Shown: positions 25,218 through 37,741 of the stretch, piece by piece
How the letters are laid out: every line of letters begins with the position of its first letter
How positions within the stretch are numbered: the stretch's first letter is position 1
Assembly (NCBI GenBank): GCA_001938485.1
Contig: MQRK01254793.1
Location: 1 to 58,961 of the forward strand
DNA: 58,961 bases
Reading direction: 5' to 3'
From: Girardia tigrina
Taxonomy: Eukaryota
Made by a program: the position numbers and the translations under genes
The notes under the pieces: generated by a model
Seen by the model: the letters and a program-made list of their open reading frames with translations, nothing else
The model's database searches: none
What the model was told of the DNA's origin: nothing

Positions 25218-27855
25218 CAATGATCATATAAATATATATATGCAATTTTTTTTCATTAAATTAAATTAAGATTTTTTTTCTTGACTTTATAAAAAAAATA
25301 TTTAAGATATTATTTTTTTTTCTTTTATCTTAATTTACATTAATTTACGAAAAACATAAATTTTACTTTATTTTAGAATCCTTTATATAGCGAAATTCTA
25401 AATTTAACAAATTCTAAATTTTTTTTTTGAAATATAAATTAACTTATTTAAATTCTAATCTTAACGAAACCGAACACGGACATTTTCATTATAACTTACT
25501 TTAGTAACTTTATTTAATTTCTATTCATTTTCGCCATAATTTCATTATAACTTGTCTTATGCCGAGTAAATCTTGTCAAATGATTCTATTCTTAAATACG
25601 GCTCTTAAATGGTCTTTAATGAAATAAAATCAGACAAATTGATCAGTTGACTTTAAATCATTAATCGTAAATAATGAATCAATTGACTAAGTAAATGTCG
25701 TAATAATCGACATCGGTGTTGACAATGTAGTCCCCTCTTCCGAAACAAATGGTTAGGTGATAGAATTGAGCGAGTAACGACATGAGAGTAATATCAGAGT
25801 CGCTCGATGAGTGGTGTATACACTCGAAAGTAGCAGAGAGTAGTTTAACTATATAGCAAACCTAGAGTGCTTATACTGAGTTATAACGATCTAGGTGCTG
25901 CAACCTTGGTAGGTCAACCGTGAACGCAACGACATACTGATAGAGAGTATGGTGGAGTCGATAAAATAGAATCACAAGGGGTAGAAGTGTACAGAAGAAG
26001 CTACAACTCTTAGATACTGAATTCCGATATGACGAAGAATCGTGCACAGTAACAGGATTATAAATTCGAGCAACCGATTTAATTTTATCTTGAAGAGTTA
26101 TTAATGGATTTCTTTAGTGATTGATTTGTTTGAATTAGTTGATTTATTATTTATTTATTTATTTACTGATTTATTATTAGTCTATTAAATCAAAAAATGT
26201 TTAATATTATCGAATGTAAATCCTATTATTATGAAATTAATGAGTCGAGAGTTACCTTATCTAAGACGGATGGAACAAGGTATAAAAATAACTCAGCTTA
26301 GTTTCAAGTAAAAAGCGAAAGTATAACCGGAGTAACCATAAATCGAAATAAATATTCTGAATAAAGTAAAATAAAGTTAAAATCAAAGCAAAGATCTTTT
26401 GAGGTTAAAATCTACATACCGTGATAGTATCGCGAGTGAAATAGGAAGTTAAATACGTTAGAAGAATACTTTTCTGTGATCGAAAATTGTTGGTAGTGGC
26501 GAAGAACTTTCTTTAGGTGGCGAAGGTAGACCGCGGCATGCAAGGGGCACGCGGTTCGATCGTCGCTTGCTTCCTGGAAGCTCTCTTCGTTTGACATGAT
26601 CAAAATTAAAACCTTTAAACAATCATGGAAAGTAATATCGACTCCTCGGGCACTGAGACCACCAGTCGGGAATACCCATTACTGCTTAGAACCCGGAGGC
26701 GCTCCAAAGCGCAGACAACTTGTTGATATGCGTGGAGGAGGCGCGTCCATTCCCTAAGCAAAGAGGAAATAAATGGTGAAATTGTGGAGAAGAGTTAGAA
26801 GTGTATAAGAGTTGCCGTTGAACTCAAAAAACGGATGAGGGCTCTGAGTCAACTAAAATGTTGTCGAGAGAGGGAACGTGTGGTATCAGAGAGGGGAATG
26901 CATCAGTGGCATGCTACCGTTAAAGGTCAAGTTTATCATTACTCGTGTCTCCTTTCTTCCATTATTTAGAGATGCGGGTACATTTCAAGTAGATTATCAT
27001 ATACATTAGCTTTGAAATGTTGGTTGGAAAATCACTTTTAGACTAAAACAGTAGATATAAAGCTACATAGATTATTTAACTGATCACGATATTGATGCAA
27101 AAAGAAATTTGTACGCAGAGGAAATGCATTGCTCAGAGAAGGAAGCTTTCGTCAGTTAGTGATGGGTAACATGCTACAAGCTTTGTGAAATAGCCGAGGT
27201 CAGTCGATTTTTTTATTTGAAAATTTTTATAATTCTCAAAGCCAACATAGATATTACGAACCAATTGTCCCATCCTCTGAGGCCGACTCAAAATCGCATA
27301 TAAATCGTCAAAGTCGAACTTTTCTTTCATCTCAGGATTAATCGATTTATCCTTCATTTGTCAGAGACTTCGCCCGTAACGAATTGCACTCTGTCCGAAG
27401 TACTTTCGAAATATCATTTAGCATCAAATTTCACTCTTAAACCAATGCTCCAGAACTGAAAAAAATCAATTCGCAAAATAATTTTTATCGGCTTTTTTAA
27501 CTAAAAATAAGACAAGGAAATTTATTATAATTTTTAAACACAAGAAAAACAATCAATAAAATTCATGTAAACCGACAAAAAACAGAATTTTTTAATAATT
27601 TGAATGGGCTAATCACAACTACCAACAAAACAAAACTTCGAAAAAACCGGCAAATCAGAAACGGCCATGCAACAACTCTCATATGATAAAAAAACCACTA
27701 TGACGCGGTTATTTATTTTAACTAACACATTTTAAAAACTGATTTCACAACATTGCCATGTATATTTTTTTAATATTTATTTATTTTTTTATATTTTAAA
27801 ATATTTATTTAAACACATTTTTTACATTAAAAATTCAAAAATTGACAAATTAAAG

Positions 27856-28070
27856 CAAGTGGTTTCCAACCTTTTAGTACCGGCGCCCCCTTTTTAAAAA
27901 AAACTGGTGCGTCCCCCTTGTTTAAGCATTTGTACCCGAAAAATTCGCGGCGAGGATTGTGGATTACGTATACTGCTGATTCATTTTTTTGACACCTATT
28001 CGACTTTTTTTGATTTGTATTCGAAAATAATATTTTCGAAAATAATTATTTCACAGGTTGGAAACCACTG
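27856..28070. mobile_element. hAT (Charlie-like) MITE, 215 bp
   Basis: TIR CA(A)GTGGTTTCCAACCT; perfect 8-bp TSD AATTAAAG. Confidence 0.9.
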
Positions 28071-29400
28071 AATTAAAGCAACAGAAAAAGTCTAAAATAA
28101 TAAAACGCAAGAATCAAATAGAATCACTGCTTGACGAAGGAATCTTTCGAATTTTCTGAAGCCAAATTATCGAACTTCTTTAACAATGTTTCTGTTAGAG
28201 ATCTCAATTATCATGGATAATTTTGTAATTTTCCTCGATAAAAATTCTTGACCACCACTGGGTAAACCACGGAGAATGGTTACAACAATTGACGTTTTTG
28301 ATTTGAATTCTGGACTTTGTTTGTTTATTTGCGACAATTTTGTGCTTTAAACTATGGAATGTAGCTGTCAAACATTGCAAAAAGTTTTGGAAAACCTCCA
28401 GGTCTTCAACATAATCGATGTGTTTAAAAATTCGAAAAGAGTAAATCAGATGCATTAACTTTGCATTAATTCTGATACAACTCTTGCTATTCACGAATGA
28501 AAAGTTCATTGAATTATATACTTTTGGCATTTGCGATTGATGAAAATATTCACTGGTCCCATCGATGATTGATCTGGAAGAAATATTAATCGGTAACAAC
28601 TTGTCACTTCCTATCCTTACTGACTAAATTTTCAATTAGTGCTCAAAAAACTGGCACTCAATATCGTCCGTATTTCTGATTCTGAATCTTTAAAGATTTC
28701 ATTAAAGTCTTTTGACCGATTTTATCATTCAGTTTGCCTTTTATATTTTTGGCTAGTTATTTTTTATTTCTTTAATTCATCCGATCATTTCTAACGAACT
28801 TCTCTCTAGTTCAACCACTAATGGCAAAATAAGATAAAGCCATAATTTCACGAATTCTTTATAATAATCATTTATTTAACACGAATTAATGACATCTATT
28901 CGAAAACCTCTTCACCTTGGCGATTTCAAATTATTTTTCTTTTTTCTCTTTATCACATTAGAGGCAACTTCTAAAAACATCATCGAGGCTTTTATTCATC
29001 GCTTTACTAACTCCTTTATTTCAATTCCTCCTTCCGAACCTTCCGGGAGGTGAAGCATTCGTTCATCCAACATATATAAAGTAAAAGTCTGTCTGATCAA
29101 TTGTTTTTTAAATCTCTATTTAATAGTAATTAAACTTGCAACCCATATTATTCCTTTCAAGAAGAAGTTTGAGAATTTAATTTTTACTAAAGAATTATTG
29201 TACCACCGGTCAAATCTCCGATGCGGTTTTCGCAGCAATGTCACCTTAAAAAAATCTTGTTTAAACTGTTCATATTTCCACCGACACCTAATAATAGAGA
29301 GTTTTACCGAATCACCTTAACTAAATTGTCAAAAAATTCGTTTGCTTAAAATTTATTTTTGAAAAATCTAAAGAATTGATTTTATTTGTATACAACAATG

Positions 29401-30020
29401 CAGTGTTGTCCACTCAAGTCACGACTTAATTCCTCAAACCGATTCGACTCGACTCGCGACTCGTTAAAAACATATTGACTGAACTCTAGAAAAATAAAAC
29501 TGACTCGAATTTCTTAACTGACTTTAAAATGTAGTAAAATTTAAATCGGATTTATAATATTATTAACAATAATTATTATTGTCAATTGTGTGAATAAATG
29601 TTTTAATTTAACTTTTTTCAAACTTTATGTTTTTTTCATCTAATTATATATTTTAGAATTTTTAATTAAAAAAATGTTTTTTAAAATAGTTTATAATTTA
29701 TTTTTTAAGATACCAAATCGATTACCGGTAAACAAAATCATTTATATTTACTTGCTAAAAACAAGTCTTCTCTATTGGAAATAAATAATTAATAAATATT
29801 AGGGTTTGGGTTAGGGTTAATATATTTAGTGTCTTCACTTTTGAAATGTAAAATATAAAGATTTACTTGACTTGACCCTTTACTCGTAAAATATGTAAGA
29901 TGACTCGACTCGACTTGTGACTCGTAAAAAAATTTAGCAACTCGACTCGTAAAATATTTAATGTCTCTACTCGTGAAATGTAAAATATTAAGAGGGACTT
30001 AAGAGAGTGAACAACCATTA
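29401..30020. mobile_element. hAT-like non-autonomous element with GACTC subterminal repeats
   Basis: CAGTGTTGTCCACTC and inverted GAGTGAACAACCATTA; GACTC arrays near both ends; no TSD found. Confidence 0.55.
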
Positions 30021-30110
30021 ACGGTTTTTGAGGCTGATGGTAATCTTTGGCAATTTACGAGACTACCGTTTGGAGTTAAAAACGGTGTTGCAGCCTTTTG
30101 TTGAAGTATG
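30014..30110 (+). mobile_element. Gypsy reverse transcriptase fragment
   Basis: PLTVFEADGNLWQFTRLPFGVKNGVAAF. Confidence 0.8.
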
Positions 30111-30219
30111 ATGCAGACAGCAGAAACATTTGAAAGCTGATACATAATGCGAAAGGAAATGTGAAATAATTGTGTATTTCATATACTGTTGGAGCAAGCA
30201 AATGACTACAGTTTTTTTA

Positions 30220-30465
30220 TCAAAGTGAATTCATTTTCACAATCGAAATTGTTTGGTTTTTCCTGCTGTTCATTTTGTAGAATAGTGTTGGATACAAATG
30301 ATGTTTCTGGAATTTGAACAGGTGGGATTGAGAATGAATGTTGTATTTTTTTCCATCTCCAGTTAAAATTTTGTCCAATGATCTTTTCCTTTGTTTTACC
30401 ACTTTATATTGATATACTTTACGTGTTCTTTTTTCACTTCCACTTAAATGTTTATAGAAACTCAT
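30220..30465 (-). mobile_element. hAT (ZMYM1-like) transposase N-terminal fragment
   Basis: SGSEKRTRK N-terminal motif only. Confidence 0.4.
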
Positions 30466-30549
30466 TTTAAAGCCTACGTACTAAAAAGAAAGAAAAAATG
30501 ATCTTTGAATAAATTAATTTTTACTGAATATCTTAATTATTTTTAAAAT

Positions 30550-30990
30550 CAAGATGGCCATTAAAATCAAATTTTATTGTCGCAATATATTTCGGTGGAT
30601 TTTCCACCATCTTCAGGATGAATTAACAACAATTTCGCTGTCTTATATATAGCAAATTGATGATTATGTAAACATCTTGTGTAATAACTAATTAAATATT
30701 TTCAACAAATTGGAAGAGAGACTTGTTTGGACATTAATGGACGGATTAAGTGATTTAATCAATAATGCTTCACAAGTAACTCTTTCCCAATATTTTTTAA
30801 AATTACTGCACAATATTTTAAAATTAGCTGTTTTCACCTCCGATTTACAACCCTTCATATGTCCAACAATATTACTCCCATTACCCAATCGTCCATGCTC
30901 CAGAATCCGTTTCCATAGATGACGAGACGTCTCTCCAATGTATGTAGCGTTGCACCCATTACACGAAAATGTTCCAATCTGATTTATCAA
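30550..30990 (-). mobile_element. 5'-truncated Penelope-like retroelement: GIY-YIG endonuclease plus pLTR
   Basis: FSCNGCNATYIGETSRHLWKRILEH...CEALLIKSLNPSIN; hammerhead-like motif and AATAAA downstream. Confidence 0.88.
30578..30625 (-). ncRNA. Minimal hammerhead ribozyme motif in the Penelope pLTR
   Basis: CUGAAGA-U-GGUGGA-AAA-UCCACC-GAAA-UAUAU; perfect 6-bp stem II, palindromic stem III, degraded stem I. Confidence 0.65.
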
Positions 30991-31796
30991 TTTTAATTAA
31001 CAAAACAACAAATGAAGAAACGAAATTTACTTTATCTTTGCGAGTTAATGTATCGTCGTCGACATGGCTAAGAAAACATTTTCCTTGCATACTATCTGAC
31101 ATAGCATGAATGAATCTTCTTGAATGTTCTGATAAATAAATATTTTGGATAATAATTATGGTGAGTGGAAACTTTCAATGGGTGGTGGAGGAAAAGGAAT
31201 TAGTGCCAACTTGGGAAAAACAGCATAAGAAATTTAGATGATTTTAGATAACTCTTTGTAATATCTTAAAAATGTAATTCAGGAAACCCAACAAGAGATA
31301 TGTTATGGTTTTTTACCTTTGTAAGAAAGTTTTCTACAAAGCATCTGTTTGAGAATAGAAAGGGTAAAGAAAAAAATATTTTAAAGTTTGAGAAAGTTTT
31401 AAAGTTTTTTGTGAATGTGAATTCTAAAATTGAAAAAATGAAAATTTAAATGAATTAAAAAAGTTTGAGTTTAGAAAATTTGTACTTTTGTTGAATTAGT
31501 TTTTTTTGTAAGTAAAAAGAAAATGTAATTAAATTGAAAAATTAGAGTTTGGAAAATTTTTGTATTGGTTGAATTCATGTTTGTGAAAAACAAAAGTTAT
31601 TATTATTATGATTATGTGAAAAATTGTAAATTTTGTTGCATTGTTTGAATGCATCAGTTAATATAGAGATTTTGAAAATAAATAAAAAATTACTAAGAGA
31701 TATTGATTTATGATTTAAAGAAAATTATTCATTAAATGAAATTGAATGTCTAATTTAAAAGAACAAATAACTTTACCATTTGATCATATTTTTAAT

Positions 31797-32222
31797 ATGG
31801 ATTATTTTATGAAGACATTCGAAGATAATTATGAAAGAATTCCCGATCAGAGATTGCGTATCAAAGAAATTGACGAAATTTTAGTACCTATTAAAAATTG
31901 TGAAGACATCAATGGAATGAATTAACGTTAATATTCCAAAATTGGGAAAAATCATCATTTGACAGAGATTTGTTTGTTGGGGATTATGTTGACTGCAGTT
32001 CTTGTTCATTGGAAATAGTATGTGTGTTGTTTACTTATAAAATTAAATATCTAAATGTAATATATTTATTGTGTGAAAAATTATCAACTGATAGAGATTT
32101 GTTTATTGGAGATTATGTTGACTGCGGTTCTTGTTCATTGGAAATAATATGTGTGTTGTTTGCTTATAAAATTAAATATCGAAATAGAATATATTTATCA
32201 CGCAGAAATCACGAATCTAAAA
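31797..32222 (+). pseudogene. Second intronless PP1-like pseudogene with an in-frame 129-nt tandem duplication
   Basis: [10 protein letters not shown] (decayed GDIHG); LF(V/I)GDYVD...SLEI.C.LF.YKIKY occurs twice (units start 31961 and 32090); RRNHE. Confidence 0.85.
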
Positions 32223-32601
32223 CGAGAACAAGATACGACTTGTTGAGCTCTGGGCGAGGCTGCCGCGCTCAAACTGCCGCTTTGCCATCAGCATCATTGA
32301 TTAATTTCTTGTTGATTTTTTTACATTTCTAAGTTTCCAACACACCATAATACTAATTATATAATGCTAATTAAGAAATTCTATGGATTTGTGACACAAT
32401 CTGTTCAGAACACTGCCCGTTTAATAAGATTACATATGATAATTTTTACGATTTTTAAATGATTTACAGAACATCTGTCTAGCAATTATTAAAACTGTAA
32501 ATACTAGTGGTCAAATAAAAACCAAATTCGAGTTAAACCTAATTCGATTTCAATTTTTAAAATAATGAAAAATGAATGACACAAAAATATCGTTTGGATT
32601 A

Positions 32602-32708
32602 TGTGATTTAATTATTTTTGTTTAAATTGGTAATTCACCAGTATTGTGAATAATTCAAAATACAGTTTGTCTATCTGTTAATTGTTTTATTTAATTCCAG
32701 TTTTCACA
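32602..32708 (+). repeat. 5' LTR
   Basis: Two mismatches versus 36012-36118. Confidence 0.97.
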
Positions 32709-35700
32709 AACTATCGCGGCCTTGATGAAAACATTGAAAATCGTTCCCGTGTACGATGGGCGTGAAGGCGCCGCAATCTGGATCGAGTGATTCCGTGAGT
32801 GCGCTGATACTCTCAATGAAAATAAGTCAGTGATGCTGCCGCTGACATTGACTGGCGAGACCTCAGTGGTGTTCTGAGGTTTCAACAAGGAGACGCGGAG
32901 GGACTTCGAAAAAAAGCGCAGCCGCGCTCACAGAAGCCTTTGCCCCGAGCCCGAGAATGTCATGGACGACATTTGCATCCCGGCGGTTGGTTCCCGGTTA
33001 AAGCGTCGACGTTTTTATGGCCGAATTGAAGCGATCGGCGGCCGTGATCTGCAGCAATGGGCAAGACCGAAAGGCCTTCATAGCCCAAGCATTCGTAAAT
33101 GGGCTACCCGAAACCGCAATGAGGAACATGGAGGCCGAAACACCTGGGAAAGCACTAGACCTCCAAACACTGGTCCGGCTGGCTAGAGTTCACGTTAAGG
33201 CAAGATGTGAACCCTCGAAAGAGACGACGGCTGCCGCACGGCCGATAAATCGGCTTCAACTGTCTTTATTACCGGATAATAGAGGACCAAGATGCTGCTG
33301 CTGTGGCGGAAACGGGCATTTTGCGCGTGAATGCGCGACCGGGAGGCGGCGCTTTCAAAAAACAAATGATCGAACCGAGAACCGAGAGCTACGGCAAATA
33401 AGTGGATGCTTCAACTGCGGACAGAGCGGTCATATCGCCAGTAAGTGCCAGCAGCGCAAAGTTGATCCGTCGGGAAACCGATAGCCGGTCCTCACTATTG
33501 GCGGGNNNNNNNNNNNNNNNNNNNNNNNNNNNNNNNNNNNNNNNNNNNNNNNNNNNNNNNNNNNNNNNNNNNNNNNNNNNNNNNNNNNNNNNNNNNNNNN
33601 NNNNNNNNNNNNNNNNNNNNNNNNNNNNNNNNNNNNNNNNNNNNNNNNNNNNNNNNNNNNNNNNNNNNNNNNNNNNNNNNNNNNNNNNNNNNNNNNNNNN
33701 NNNNNGACGAAACAGTTCGAATGATGGATTGGCTCGAATATCGTGTAATAGTGGTGCCGGAAGTCATTGGGTCGAGGATTGGAGTACTTCTCGGTATGGA
33801 CGTAATCAGCCAACTCGGGGGCGTGTGGGTGCCCGGTGGAGGTGGTGCCCCAACGTTTGGGCGGATTGAGCACCAGGCGGTGGTGGCTAGAGCGAATCGA
33901 CGGGCACGCACAAGAATCGACGATGACGATTTTTCAGCTGAATTCGATGGTCGTTCATGGACAGCGGCATGGAATTGGAACAGCGGCGAGGTACCGCCTG
34001 AGTTACTCGGGGGTGTCCATCGAGCGAGTGAAAGGTGCTCGACAGTTTTGAGCTGGAAACAAAACCGCCGGTAAAAATTGACGGAGGTAGAGTGCTCGGA
34101 CTTGTTGTAAGCAGGATTGGCGGTAAGCTGCGATGGCGCAGAGACGGCCAGGTTCCGGAATTGCCGGATCGACTAACGCGACGAAAAGTGTTCTCGTGGG
34201 TTCGACAGCTGGTGGGTCACTTTCCAGTTTGCGGCTGGTTGAGACCGGCATGCAGTTTCCTAAAAAGAATGACCTGTCGCGGTGGTTGGGACGAGACTGT
34301 GGAACCGCGAGTAGTGGATATCGCAAAGAAGCTGGAGGAGCGGCTCAAAAACAAAGACCCAGTGATCGGAAGGTGGGAAGTACCCAATCACAATCGAGGC
34401 CGAGTGTGGCGTGACGCGTGTTCAATCGCAACCGGTATCTCTATAGAGATAGAGGGAGAAATTGGAGAAGATGCGTCATGGCTGCGCAAGGAGAACGATG
34501 TCGCTCACATCAATCTTGCAGAGCTGGTGACGGCCAACGAGGTGATAAGAGTAGCAGTCGCTTGGGGGTTAAAAGAAGTAGAAATCATAACCGATTCTGC
34601 CACCGCATTCCGGTGGTTAAGGAATGCAACAAAGGGCGAAGGACCAATCAAATCCAGCGGGATGAACGAGCTTCTCGTAAAGCGGCGCATCGGCACGATC
34701 AAGCAGACAATCGAAGAGGAGCAGCTAAGCGTTGAGTTGAGGCTGGTTGGCTCAGCAGAAAATCAGGCAGACCGTGTGACTCGAGTTCCCAGCGAATGGC
34801 CTACCACAGTAAAAGAAAAAAATGGACGTTGCAGCAGTGATGGTCGATGAAGAACAGGGGCCGACAGACGGTCTAAAAACGCTCCACGAAATCCACCATT
34901 TTGGGGTGAAACGAATGTCATTTCTGGCGAGGAAACTGTGGGGCCCAAGGTGCATGACCGAAAAGCAAGTGCTGGAAGTGATAAAAGGATGTCATCAGTG
35001 CGCATCAATCGATCCAGCACCGGTCAGGTGGGAGAGAAACGAGCTTGGCGTCAAAAAGACATGGCAGTGGCTTGCCATGTACGTGACACACACCTCAGAT
35101 GAGAAATACATGACGCTGGTCGACTGTGGGTCAGGGCGGTTCGCGATTTGGAGAAAAATTGCATCAGAAAGCGACGGAGATCTTTGTACGGCTCTAAGAG
35201 CGGTGTTCAACGAGTTCGGGCCACCACAAGAGCTTCTATTGGATAATTTCGCGACACATCGAGGAGCGGTAATTCAGAAACTGCTATCAGAAATGGGAAT
35301 CGAATCGCGGTTTCGGTGCGCAAACCGACCCATTGGAAATGGAATCGTCGAACGCTGTCATCGGACCATCAAGCGCTTGGCGGCGAGGAGCAAGAAGCCA
35401 ATCCACGACATGGTAGCGTGGTACAATGCAACTCCAAATTCGGCGGGTGTGATATCGGCGTCTACTGTACTTGCACAACGGCTGCGACTGCTGCTACCGA
35501 TTGACTTTGCCGTACGGCCCCAAAATGACGACAAAGTCGTGGAAACGAGAGGAATAGGAGTGGGAGACGAAGTGTTCGTGAAACTGGTGAACGCGTCATG
35601 CACGACTCAGTGGAGACGTGCATTAGTGAGCGGGATTCGCCAACCTAATCAAGTAGAGATCGACAGCATTCCATACCACGTGTAGCACATCAGGCGTGTG

Positions 35701-36011
35701 CCCCTTGGCGGGATGACAGAGCGAGCGGAGAAACTTTCAGAGCCGCAAATCGCCCCTTCAATGACGAACACGGGTTATCTCAGTGACAGTTCAGACAATG
35801 AAGAAGAACAGCCGTGGGACCGAGCAAGGGACGACTGCGAGAGCAACCAGCTACCGGCTGACGAGATGATCAAACCGAGGCCGCAACTAACAGTTGTTTG
35901 ACCAGCAAAGTTCGCGGACTACATTTGCGCAGGGATGAAGGCAATAAAGAAAAGTGGAATCTTGCAGTGCATGGACAGCGTCTGTGTTAGTGCCTTGAAA
36001 GCAAGGGAGAG

Positions 36012-36118
36012 TGTGATTTAATTATTTTTGTTTAAATTGGTAATTCGCCAGTATTGTGAATAATTCAAAATACAGTTTGTCTATCTGTTAATTGTTTTAT
36101 TTAATTCCACTTTTCACA
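36012..36118 (+). repeat. 3' LTR
   Basis: Preceded by the PPT and followed by the GATTA TSD. Confidence 0.97.
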
Positions 36119-37153
36119 GATTATATGACAATGATTCATCACAACGTTATCACTGTTTCTGAGGAATGTTTGAATGTTGTGTGCTGATTTGTGATCGTGT
36201 TTTTCCTAACCAGATGGCTGATTAATATCTTGATTCTTAGTATCTAAAACTGATTTAATTTAATGTTTAATTTTATTTGAAGTTTAAAAACCGTTTAAAA
36301 ATTTTAAATGATTTGACGAATTTATTTTATATTTTTAAATAATTTATCAAATTAATATTTCTAAAAATCATTAAAATTCATTTTAATACCACTGGCATTT
36401 GTGCGATATTTTTCGTAATATTTAAGTGTCATTTGGATTAAGATAATTTGAAAATAAAATTATCGCTCTATTTGAGCAATGTTTATGAATGAACGATCTA
36501 CCACTACCCAAGAATGACCCAAATAGTGTTACTAAAAAAAGTTATAAATGATGAATGAAAATAAGAGTTCTCTTAATTTAGTTGAAAAAAGAATTAAGTC
36601 AATCTTCTAATCAGTAAAAAAAATACAAAATGAAATATAAAAAATGTAAATCAGCAAATTACATTGAAGATTTTTACATGATGTACTGGCGCATTTATTA
36701 TTTATTTGCACTATACAATCAACCTCTTTAAAAACAATTTATTCTATTCACGGTTAAATGGTAAAAATTATTGAATAATTAAATAAAAATTTTAGTTTCA
36801 ACTTAACGATTTTACTTTTAAGAAAATAGTTTCTACTATAACAAACATTGCATAATTGTCGGAGATCAATGGTTTATTAAAAACTAGATTGAAAAATTAA
36901 ACTTGTTCACCTTTTTTAATAGCTTAAATTATTTCAACTAATAATAGTAATCATTTTACAATTTCATTTGTATTATTTATAAACAATCAATACTCAATTT
37001 ATGTAAATGTGAATTGGTTCGAGTATGTGTGTTTTTCTATTTACCAACACACACACACGCGTGAGCTGTCCAATCAATATCAAGCATAAATTATGACACA
37101 CAGTTACCACAAGTGAACATTAACGAGACCATTGACAACACGACATCACATCA

Positions 37154-37741
37154 ATGAACAACAGATATTTCCAGCATCATAATTCTGACGAATTCAATGC
37201 CAATTTCGGCCCATCGTTCTTGTCGAACAGCACCAGCCAACTGTCGACAGAAGCTACTCTCAGCATCTTCCCGGACGACTTCACGAATGCCAATGTCCGG
37301 AGATCTACGGTACCGGCAAGCAGCAGTGATGCGCTCTGCAGAGACAAGTGCTCCACACAGGTACTCTATTCTAAATTGAGTGACGAGTGTAGAGAGATAT
37401 CGGCGTGCTCGATCGAACTAATTGAGAAATTCATCGACGATCTCTCTGGGAACATGGAGGAGTCGGCGAGAGAAAGGAACATCAAGTACCAGGAGTACGC
37501 CCAGATCATCGCCAAACAGCTCGTTCACGACCTGAAGACCAAGATCTGCGATGCGGACAACTACAAGTACGTCAATATCGTCAAGGTCGGTGCCTTGAAA
37601 GACGTGAGTATTGATTTCATTCATTTTGGTTGCCGGTGCCTGTGGGATCCGGACACAGATCTCATGGTCAATGTCAAGTATATCAAGAATGGTGTTTTTG
37701 TTCTGTTGGATATTGTTAAATTTGCGTATATTGGTGAATGA
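37154..37741 (+). CDS. Tctex1-domain protein (dynein light chain Tctex-type), single exon
   Basis: Intact 195-aa ORF; C-terminal YKYVNIVKVG...GCRCLWDPDTD...KNGVFV Tctex1 signature; AATAAA at about 37774. Confidence 0.85.
   Translation: MNNRYFQHHNSDEFNANFGPSFLSNSTSQLSTEATLSIFPDDFTNANVRRSTVPASSSDALCRDKCSTQVLYSKLSDECREISACSIELIEKFIDDLSGNMEESARERNIKYQEYAQIIAKQLVHDLKTKICDADNYKYVNIVKVGALKDVSIDFIHFGCRCLWDPDTDLMVNVKYIKNGVFVLLDIVKFAYIGE

Larger units (their letters stand above)
32602..36118 (+). mobile_element. Gypsy-type LTR retrotransposon with both LTRs, non-autonomous (RT core missing)
   Basis: 107-bp TG..CA LTRs; TSD GATTA; PPT AAAGCAAGGGAGAG; gag with two CCHC knuckles (33017-33484), RNase H (about 34035-34850), integrase HHCC and core (34822-35685). 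Confidence 0.95.

Noticed and set aside
25803-25835. Hammerhead-like CTCGATGAGTG...CACTCGAAAG
   Set aside because: The core is not CUGANGA, and there is no cleavage triplet or stem I/III.
29799-29816. TTAGGG TTTGGG TTAGGG telomere-like run
   Set aside because: Only three units, inside a MITE; not evidence of a telomere.
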